From NCBI GenBank assembly GCA_027021785.1, contig JALUTR010000086.1:1-60511 (forward strand): DNA of 60,511 nt, in the 5' to 3' direction. This document shows, one piece after another, positions 20,320-28,762 of this stretch. How positions within the stretch are numbered: position 1 is the stretch's first letter; each line of letters starts with the position of its first letter. The notes under the pieces were generated by a model. It did no database searches. It was not told the origin of the DNA and saw only the letters and a list, made by a program, of their open reading frames with translations. Source of the stretch: Fidelibacterota bacterium (GTDB taxonomy: Bacteria > Fidelibacterota > Marinisomatia > Marinisomatales > JAADGP01). The position numbers were made by a program, and so were the translations under genes.

Positions 20320-20658
20320 TTACTCCTTGGTTGCTTCTTCTTTGACGCCGGAACTGATGGTATAGGCCTCGAGTACGGGGGAAACGAATATTTTCCCGTC
20401 GCCATAAGCTCCTATATCCCCTGTTTTCGCCGCCTCTATAATCGTTTTGACCACAAAATCCTTATCCTTCTCCTTTATAACCGTGAGAAGCAATTCCTTG
20501 GGAAGTTCATCATAGGTAATGCTTCCGACTTTCAAACCCCTCTGTTTCCCACGTCCATACACGGAAATTCTTGTTACGGCAGGATATCCCGCTTCCAAAA
20601 GTCCGGCAAGCACCGCGTCGGCTTTTTCCGTCCTGACAATTGATCTAATCATTAACAT
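20320..20658 (-). CDS. nifI1: PII-like nitrogenase regulator NifI1
   Basis: 112 aa, PII family (YGRGKQRG T-loop, GDGKIFVSPV). It lies directly downstream of nifH. Confidence 0.87.
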   Translation of the reverse strand: MLMIRSIVRTEKADAVLAGLLEAGYPAVTRISVYGRGKQRGLKVGSITYDELPKELLLTVIKEKDKDFVVKTIIEAAKTGDIGAYGDGKIFVSPVLEAYTISSGVKEEATKE

Positions 20659-20712
20659 GACTTATCCTTTGTTTTTATTGAAAATTTATGAGTACCAATT
20701 CCACCGGAAGGA

Positions 20713-21549
<837 letters not shown>

Positions 21550-21628
21550 TTATTATCTTATCGTTTATTACCGATTGACTAAACTTATATTTTTACCATT
21601 TCGTATAACTGTTACGTTTGTACCACTT

Positions 21629-21644
21629 GGCAATAAACGGGCCA
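21629..21644 (-). promoter_or_regulatory. sigma-54 (-24/-12) promoter of the nifH operon
   Basis: The minus strand reads TGGCCCGTTTATTGCC versus consensus TGGCACG-N4-TTGC. The GG/GC spacing is exact and there is one mismatch. It lies about 95 nt upstream of the nifH ATG. Confidence 0.6.
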
Positions 21645-22305
21645 ATTTGTAACCGCAAAATTTTGTGTCCGACGTAGCGTATTTGTAACCGATTGATACT
21701 CAACCGCATACGCGTTTAATAATTTTTTTTATTTCGGACCGACAATTTGTTTTTGGTCATTCTTTCCCTGAAGAAATCCTACCATAATGTTGTCTTTACG
21801 GATCAATACATGGAGAGAAATACAAAAATGTAGGTAAGAATAGACTTCAATTTTTCACCTGAAATTCTGTTCTTTCCCGCTGGCGGACAGGCTCGCGATT
21901 TTGTTTATCCGGACAAAATAATTCGCAAAAATTCAGAAAATCAATATGGCTGTTTTATTCACCGCAAAGGCGGAAAGAGCGCGAAGGTTATTGAAAATAA
22001 AATATATATTTACGAGCGATGGAAAACAATTGACATAATCTCATAAGGTATTCAGTATCCCTGATCGATTGATATTCCTATCCTTATCTCTGTGAGCCCG
22101 GTCGCTGATGAATAACTCGGGTAAGGTATCCATGCCGTGAACCGATGGATAATGTTGATAATATAAGCGTTAGGGGGTGTAGCCCGGTTTTCCGGGATAA
22201 TCCATTATCGTATAGTAATTAAAAACCAGACGGTAATCAGGTAAACAAACGCGGGATCATTGATTTGCGTTTTGTTTATTCAGGGTGGATATGAGGTCGG
22301 TCGGT

Positions 22306-23865
22306 CTAATCGCGATAATCTTTTGGATTTATCCCGTATTTTTTTACCCGTAATCCCATTATTCGTTCACTTACCCCCAGAATCCTGGTAGCCTTTGACA
22401 TGTTCCCTTTTGTGGATTTCAGGGCATCGATGATTAAGTCCCGCTCCACATTCGACAGAATTGTCGCCAGCGTGCTCCGGCATGCTGTTCCGCTGGTTTC
22501 AGCCGTCTGCAGGCTGGGTGGCATGTGATAGGCATGGATAACACCGTCGGTACTGAGCAGCACGGCCCTTTCCATGGCGTTTTCAAGCTCACGAACGTTT
22601 CCGGGCCAATGATAAGACATCATCATATCGATGGCGGAAGTCGTGATTCGTTTTACGCTATGTCCCAGTTTTTTGCTGTATTTCTCCACAAAATGATCGG
22701 CCAGCAACATAATATCGGATTTACGCTGTCTCAACGGCGGCACATGGATGGGAAAAACATTAAGACGATAGAACAAATCCTGGCGAAACAATCTTTTCGA
22801 TATCAGTTCCTCAATATTCCGGTTTGTGGCCGCGATAATGCGCACGTCTGTTTTAATGGTGGTGTTGCTGCCGATGCGTTCGAATTCCTTTTCCTGAAGG
22901 ACGCGCAATAGTTTTACCTGCGTAACCAGCGACAAGTCACCTATTTCGTCCAGCAGGAGGGTTCCGCCGTTTGCCGATTCAAACCGTCCTTTGCGAGTGG
23001 CAACAGCCCCCGTAAAGGATCCTTTCTCGTGCCCGAAAAGTTCACTTTCCACAAGGCTGTCGGGGAAAGCGGCACAATTGACTTTTATAAACGGTTTATC
23101 CGCCCGGTTACTGTTGTAGTGAATGGCAGCGGCAACCAGTTCCTTTCCGACTCCGCTTTCTCCATAAATGAATACGGTCGTATCCGTTGAAGAAACACGG
23201 TCGATAAGGGCATACATCTCCTTCATGCGTTTGGCGTTCCCGATAATATTTGCCGGCCGGAACACGTCCTTTACTTCATTCTGCAAACGCTGGTTTTCTT
23301 CCTGGAGAAACAACTGTTCCTCCTGAAGGGATTGGTAAACCCGCACCGACTGGGCAATCATTGATGCGATAATGGAGAGTAAACGCACGTCATCTTCAAG
23401 AGAAAAGCTGTCATCGAACAGCCGATCAACGCTGAAGGCGCCGATCACTTCTCCCGATAGTTTTATGGGAACACAAATAAACGAAATGTCACTTTTATTG
23501 AGATTTTTCCGGGCTTCAGTCCGATCAAGAAACTGTGGTTCCTCGGAAATCTTCGGTATGATCATGGGTCTTCCCGAAGCGACAACTTTGCCGGTTATGC
23601 CTTCACCGATTTTGTACCGCCCCCGGGCACGCTCCTCTATGGAAAGCCCATAGGCGTCTTCGATAAATATCTCATTGGTCGTGCGATTCAGAATAGTCAA
23701 TGCCGCTCGCGACAAACCCATGTGCTCGGCAACCACTTTCAGTACCGGTCTTACAATCTCCTTTATATTTTTACTTCGATTTAACGTCTGGCTTATTTCG
23801 AACAACAGGGACAATTCCTTAACTTCGCGCTGCAAGTGTTTATAACGGGTTACCATAATGTCCAT
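22306..23865 (-). CDS. nifA: nif-specific sigma-54-dependent transcriptional activator (NifA-like: GAF, AAA+, Fis-type HTH)
   Basis: 519 aa with an N-terminal GAF domain (LLFEISQTLN..GEGITGKVVASGRPMIIPKISEEPQFLDR). The AAA+ core has GESGVGKE and the GSFTGA sigma-54 contact loop. The C-terminal HTH is ATRILGVSERIMGLRVKKYGI. The gene is adjacent to nifH. Confidence 0.87.
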   Translation of the reverse strand: MDIMVTRYKHLQREVKELSLLFEISQTLNRSKNIKEIVRPVLKVVAEHMGLSRAALTILNRTTNEIFIEDAYGLSIEERARGRYKIGEGITGKVVASGRPMIIPKISEEPQFLDRTEARKNLNKSDISFICVPIKLSGEVIGAFSVDRLFDDSFSLEDDVRLLSIIASMIAQSVRVYQSLQEEQLFLQEENQRLQNEVKDVFRPANIIGNAKRMKEMYALIDRVSSTDTTVFIYGESGVGKELVAAAIHYNSNRADKPFIKVNCAAFPDSLVESELFGHEKGSFTGAVATRKGRFESANGGTLLLDEIGDLSLVTQVKLLRVLQEKEFERIGSNTTIKTDVRIIAATNRNIEELISKRLFRQDLFYRLNVFPIHVPPLRQRKSDIMLLADHFVEKYSKKLGHSVKRITTSAIDMMMSYHWPGNVRELENAMERAVLLSTDGVIHAYHMPPSLQTAETSGTACRSTLATILSNVERDLIIDALKSTKGNMSKATRILGVSERIMGLRVKKYGINPKDYRD

Positions 23866-24608
23866 TCCTTTACGTAAAAACAGGTTCTTTCTTTGTCGAG
23901 TTATTCAACATTGCGGCTATAGTCCTTTTAACCCATCATCATTAATAAAAGAAACGTATTCCGATTACGAAACACGGAATACGGCGGTATTACATGTTAC
24001 ATTAACGAGTATGGAGAAAAACTTTGTCGGAGAAGAATGGCCAATTGATACGCATCACGGTTATACCAGAGGGAATACGATGACACCTGGGGTCGGAACC
24101 GGGAAAATGTAGTGACTTTACCCGGTTTCTTTGGTTCTCCTTTTCCCCGGTACGAATCCGGATGTCCGCTTCAATTAGTTGATCCAAGACCGTCCTTCGT
24201 CCTTCTTCCCGGCCACAGTACAGATGGTTACGACCGTAAGTTCGACGAACTCATTCCGTACGGCAATCTTAGGACAAACCTTTTTCTAACGGGGAAGACA
24301 ATAAAATGAATAAGTCATACGAATCAAGAAATATTTAGGTGTTATAATAGAAATACTTAAATTATTTATGCTATTAAATCATTTTGCTTTTTATTATTAG
24401 TTTATACCGTACATAAAGAATTAAAAACATCCGTGCGGTTTTCCCCGCTCTGGTATATAATGCCATAGTGACGGAGTATATTTGAAGAGCTCCCGACGAA
24501 AGTCGGGAAGCGAACCGACGATGGATCGACGTTTGTCGGGAAGCGGAGCAGAATCCGAATTCTTCTGCGTTCTGACCGCTCCTTAAAAGATAGACGATAT
24601 TGCTATTT

Positions 24609-24638
24609 CGCCGGGCGGACAAGCAGAACCGCCCGGCG
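24609..24638. other. perfect 10-bp GC-rich stem-loop (weak terminator candidate for the cysteine-synthase operon)
   Basis: CGCCGGGCGG, a 10-nt loop, then CCGCCCGGCG. No clear U-tract follows on either strand. Confidence 0.3.
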
Positions 24639-24777
24639 GGTTGAAAAAATGATTTTATAGTACCCTGTTACTCCGAAGCCGATTCCTGTAAAGAACGTAC
24701 CATGCTTCGCCCCGATCAATGGGAAATCATTCGATCGGAGCCATTACCGTCAATCCGTTAATTCTTCACAAGGGAAT

Positions 24778-25983
24778 TTACCCCTCATTCACAACCGTTA
24801 AAATGAATCCGTCATCCGGTTTCCGATCAATACCGGGCTTAAGTCCCCGGGTTTTCACTTCCCGGATGACGTTTTTAAGAGAATCAATATCGCCTAATTT
24901 GATCTTAATGGTCTCACCTACATTTAAATCCTCGATTACTTCCAGTGATTTTATTTTTGATATGGGACAAACATAGTCGCTCAGATCATATTCTTTTACC
25001 ACGGGTTCATCTTGCATCGTTTCCAGGACTTCTTTGTAAAAACCGGCATATTTGAAGGCGTCGTCCGGCGATATCACAACGGATAACCCTTTATTTGATT
25101 TTGCATATTGTAAAGCGGCATACAGTATGGCGCCGGTCGTAGGACCAACAAGCACCCCGTCTTTCCGGGCTAAATTCACGGCCGTCATAAAGGCATCTCT
25201 ATCCGTGACCTCGATGATATCGTCAACTACCGATTTATCAAGTATTTTTGGTACCAGATCTTCCGACAATCCGGTAATTCTCTTCATTCCCGGCAATTTA
25301 TGATTTATGGATGTCGGCTCAATGCCAATGATCTTAATATTCGGATTTTTCTCCTTCAGATATTTCCCGACCCCGGTTATCGTCCCGCAAGTACCAAATC
25401 CGGCGAAGAAATAATCGATTTTCCCTTCCGTCTGTTTCCATATCTCCGGTCCTGTCGTACGGTAATGGGCTTGTACATTCAACTCATTTTCATATTGGTT
25501 CGGGCTGACATATTTATCTCTTGTTGCCGGACTGTTAACGAGGGCATTGACCAATCCCCGGGCGCCTTCCGATGGAAATAAAGGACACAGTTCATCATCG
25601 GCTTCGTTTACCTTGGCGCCCATAAAATTCAACATCACCTTTTTCTCTTCCGGGATGCCCTCCGGGACAGCGATTTCGATCGGTATTCCCAGGGCATTGG
25701 CAATGCTTACCAAAGCAATCCCCGTATTCCCGGAAGACGGCTCGACAACGGTCTTTTCCCCGATTTCCAGGGCGCTCAACATTTCGTAAGCAATCCTGTC
25801 CTTAATCGAACCGAAAGGATTATATCGTTCCAGCTTCAGGAAAATATCAAAGTCGCTGTTTGGGTTAATCCGGTTTAATCTTACCAGCGGAGTCGGATTA
25901 TCCACATCGGCAATTAGTTGGATAATATTGGAATAAACCCTTAATTGATGATCAAATTCTATTTTCTTATTGTTACGTTCCAT
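24778..25983 (-). CDS. PLP-dependent cysteine synthase (CysK/CysM family) fused to a C-terminal TusA/SirA-like sulfur-carrier domain
   Basis: 401 aa with the PLP-Lys motif FGSIKDR and GFGTCGTITG. An extra approximately 80-aa C-terminus has LSDYVCPISKIKSLEVIEDLNVGETIKI, resembling the TusA CPxP-type motif. Confidence 0.85.
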   Translation of the reverse strand: MERNNKKIEFDHQLRVYSNIIQLIADVDNPTPLVRLNRINPNSDFDIFLKLERYNPFGSIKDRIAYEMLSALEIGEKTVVEPSSGNTGIALVSIANALGIPIEIAVPEGIPEEKKVMLNFMGAKVNEADDELCPLFPSEGARGLVNALVNSPATRDKYVSPNQYENELNVQAHYRTTGPEIWKQTEGKIDYFFAGFGTCGTITGVGKYLKEKNPNIKIIGIEPTSINHKLPGMKRITGLSEDLVPKILDKSVVDDIIEVTDRDAFMTAVNLARKDGVLVGPTTGAILYAALQYAKSNKGLSVVISPDDAFKYAGFYKEVLETMQDEPVVKEYDLSDYVCPISKIKSLEVIEDLNVGETIKIKLGDIDSLKNVIREVKTRGLKPGIDRKPDDGFILTVVNEG

Positions 25984-25998
25984 TGATTCCCCCTTACT

Positions 25999-26724
25999 CT
26001 ACTTTAATATTTGTGTATGGATACCGCATTCGCCGCCGCATTTACTCGTATTTATCCATCGTCCGTCTCTTTCAAGCTCGCCACCGATATGCGAACAAGT
26101 CTCACAACCAAGGGACCGGTACCCCAATCCATACCAGGGATGGGGGTCGATTCCGCGCGTTGAGATGTATCGCCAAATCTCAGCTTCAGTGAAAGTCAGA
26201 ATCGGATTTATTTTGACAAGGCCACCCTTGCTTTCGATCTCCCGGTAATCTTTTCTGGTCCGCCCCTCCGTATTTCTTAACCCGCAAATCCAGGCGTCCA
26301 ATTCGCTGACGGCTAATTTTGTGGGGTAGACTTTCAACAACCGGCAACACTCATCCGGATCCGCTTCATAAATCTCCTTTCCCGTTTCGGCTTTGACCTG
26401 TAAAGATTTATTGTCAAACTCATCCGTCGGTAATAAAATCACGTTTAGGGAGCTATCCCGAAGAGCCTCCGGAACACGATCGGCTACGATGTAAACGGTT
26501 GTATTCAGATTCCATTTTGAGTTCATCAGCCGGAGATACAGGAAGGTTACCCGCGGTTTATACACCGTCATTACGGCAAAGACTTTTATTTCCGGATCCA
26601 CCTCTCTTGCCAGATGGAGAGTCACCATGCTGTCTTTTCCGAAAGAACAAGCTACCGCCACTCTTTCGTAGGTATTTATCGCCGACTCAATCAGCTCTTT
26701 CGCGCGTTTAATTTTTTCTTCCAC
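25999..26724 (-). CDS. cysH: adenylylsulfate/phosphoadenylylsulfate reductase (CysH family, Fe-S type)
   Basis: 241 aa with the SFGKDSMV PP-loop-like motif, the CC..CETC cysteine pattern (ECCRLL, GCETCS) and the C-terminal ECGIH motif. Confidence 0.87.
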   Translation of the reverse strand: MEEKIKRAKELIESAINTYERVAVACSFGKDSMVTLHLAREVDPEIKVFAVMTVYKPRVTFLYLRLMNSKWNLNTTVYIVADRVPEALRDSSLNVILLPTDEFDNKSLQVKAETGKEIYEADPDECCRLLKVYPTKLAVSELDAWICGLRNTEGRTRKDYREIESKGGLVKINPILTFTEAEIWRYISTRGIDPHPWYGLGYRSLGCETCSHIGGELERDGRWINTSKCGGECGIHTQILK

Positions 26725-26727
26725 TTT

Positions 26728-28332
26728 TCACCATTTATTATCACAAAATGCGAATTGTTCACTGGGGAGAATCATTTCTTTTAATCCCTCGACGCCGATT
26801 TCATCCAGAATAGTGGCAACATTCACGCCTCTCTCTTTCACAATGCGCAAGCATCTTTCCGTAACTTCGAGCGTTTCCTCGTCCGTCAGAAATTCGGCGA
26901 TCACTTCTCCCAACCGCGTGTCCTCACCTTCTTTGCCCCCTACCAATATGGAGAATCCTTTTTGTTCTTCCAGGATCGCGTCAAAGGGGCAGACCGCGAT
27001 GCATTGACCGCAATGTCGGCATTCATTTTCATTGATCACGGCAATATCGGCGATCATATCGATCGCTTCCCTCTTACACACATCCAAACAAAGTTCACAA
27101 CCAACACAATCGCTCTCGCTCACCGCCGGTTTTGCCACCCCGATATAACCAATATCATTAATATGGGAAATCCCACAGGAATTCGGACAGCCGGAACCCG
27201 ATATTTTTATGTTCAAATTATTTAAACCCAACTCCTCCACCTTACGTTCGACTTTTCGCAGGAAGGGTTGGGTACTGGCATTGCTTTCGGTACAATATTC
27301 ACCGAAACAGGATTGCAAATTGTCAATTCCCCTGTCCAGTATCTGCAGGCCCGCCGCCGCCAATCTTTCCCGTATGATTTCCAGATATTGCGTATCCACA
27401 TAAGGGATTTCAGGAGCGCCCCGTACCGCGAAATGAACAAATCCATGTCCATACTTTTCGGAAATATCGGCGATTTCCCTTAACTGGTTTGAAGTTATTT
27501 CCCCGCACGTGGCGCGAATTTTCAAAATCATTTTATTGGTTGCGATTTCTTTCGTGCCGGTTGCGCAGGGAACCGGTTCAACAGGCGGTCGTTGATGCAA
27601 ATCCGTGTTCAGGACCTGCTTCACGTATTCCACACCAAGCCTCTTAATCAGGTGTGAACCCCTTTCTCCCTTTTTTCCTTCATGACGGATTAATTCGAAG
27701 TAATTCTGAACAAAACGCACCGCTTCATCTTCGGAAATCCCACCGGCCATTTTCACACCCACAGAGGGGTTTACCCCTAACATTCCGCCGACATATACGT
27801 CGTAATAACCTTGCTTGCCCTCTTGCGCCACACCAATAAAGCTGATATCATTCAATACCCGGGAAATGATGCAGTCATTCTTACAACCGGCCACACCGAT
27901 TTTTATCTTGTGGAGAATAGGGTCGCGGAAATAGTTCTCAAGTTTCTCAGCCAGGGATATGGAATCGGTAACGGCATCGGGACAGATCGTGTTGCTGTAG
28001 CAAACATTGATATTTCTCACGCGGGGTCCGCACCGGTCCAATTCCAAATAAACCCGACTCAGTTCTTTTTTAACCTGCTCGACATCATTTAAATGAATAT
28101 GGGGAATAATCGGTATTTGCCTGGTACTGAATAAAAGATATCCCCGGGCGTATTGATCGGTAATGTCCGCGATTTTAACCAATTGCTCGGAATTCAGATT
28201 ACAGCAAGCGGTTTTTATCCATACCGAATACATATCGGGGTCTTTCAGCTTTACCACCCCGCCCTTTCTTAAAGCTTCCACATCTATCTTCGGTTTACGA
28301 GTCTTATTGTTTGTATCCATCTTCTTTTTCAT
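26728..28332 (-). CDS. sulfite reductase-like protein: two fused nitrite/sulfite-reductase modules with an inserted 2x[4Fe-4S] ferredoxin domain
   Basis: 534 aa. Siroheme/Fe-S Cys motifs occur in both halves (CYSNTIC..CKNDC and CFGEYC..CPNSC). The ferredoxin motifs are CVGCELCLDVC and CRHCGQCIAVCP. It is the first gene of the operon with cysH and cysteine synthase. Confidence 0.8.
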   Translation of the reverse strand: MKKKMDTNNKTRKPKIDVEALRKGGVVKLKDPDMYSVWIKTACCNLNSEQLVKIADITDQYARGYLLFSTRQIPIIPHIHLNDVEQVKKELSRVYLELDRCGPRVRNINVCYSNTICPDAVTDSISLAEKLENYFRDPILHKIKIGVAGCKNDCIISRVLNDISFIGVAQEGKQGYYDVYVGGMLGVNPSVGVKMAGGISEDEAVRFVQNYFELIRHEGKKGERGSHLIKRLGVEYVKQVLNTDLHQRPPVEPVPCATGTKEIATNKMILKIRATCGEITSNQLREIADISEKYGHGFVHFAVRGAPEIPYVDTQYLEIIRERLAAAGLQILDRGIDNLQSCFGEYCTESNASTQPFLRKVERKVEELGLNNLNIKISGSGCPNSCGISHINDIGYIGVAKPAVSESDCVGCELCLDVCKREAIDMIADIAVINENECRHCGQCIAVCPFDAILEEQKGFSILVGGKEGEDTRLGEVIAEFLTDEETLEVTERCLRIVKERGVNVATILDEIGVEGLKEMILPSEQFAFCDNKW

Positions 28333-28344
28333 CTGTTACGTTAT

Positions 28345-28378
28345 AAAAAAGCCCCTTCATTTGTGCTGGTGAAGGGGC
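28345..28378 (-). terminator. intrinsic terminator/attenuator 1, ending 12 nt before the sulfite-reductase ATG
   Basis: Minus strand: GCCCCUUCA-CCAGCACAAA-UGAAGGGGC followed by UUUUUU. Confidence 0.65.
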
Positions 28379-28450
28379 TTGATTGATCAAATTTTGATTG
28401 TACGGTTACACCGGCACAAGTCCCCTTGCTTTTATCATACAACAACAACC
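28345..28450 (-). promoter_or_regulatory. leader element unit 1 (candidate riboswitch/attenuator)
   Basis: It is paralogous to unit 2. It has the conserved 5' UUGUUGUUGUAUG, a GGA-loop hairpin, the 17-nt block GGACUUGUGCCGGUGUA, and a terminator. Confidence 0.55.
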
Positions 28451-28534
28451 GGGCTTTCCGTTAATCATCATTTTATGATTGTTTCGCACTTTATTATGTT
28501 CTCTTATTCTTTTTCTGATCCAATATCTTTTAAT

Positions 28535-28566
28535 AAAAAACCCTCTCACTTGTGCTGATGAAAGGG
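28535..28566 (-). terminator. intrinsic terminator/attenuator 2
   Basis: Minus strand: CCCUUUCA-UCAGCACAAG-UGAGAGGG followed by UUUUUU. Confidence 0.6.
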
Positions 28567-28637
28567 TTTTTAACAATCATATTTTGTATACCTCTACACC
28601 GGCACAAGTCCGCTTGTGTCTACCATACAACAACAAT
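28535..28637 (-). promoter_or_regulatory. leader element unit 2 (candidate riboswitch/attenuator)
   Basis: It has the same architecture as unit 1 and lies about 190 nt further upstream. Confidence 0.55.
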
Positions 28638-28762
28638 TTTTTCTCTTGCAGATCATTATTTTTTTATTCATTAAAATTTCGTGGTGGAAAGTTAATATCC
28701 TTTTTACCGGGGTTACAAATATTTTTACAAATAATGGAATTTTGCAGCTCACACATCACGTT

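Noticed and set aside
28345-28637. Tandem repeat units as a possible CRISPR array
   Set aside because: There are only two copies with a period of about 190 nt. The units are about 100 nt, imperfect, and each contains a terminator. No cas genes are present. The units are better explained as duplicated regulatory leaders.
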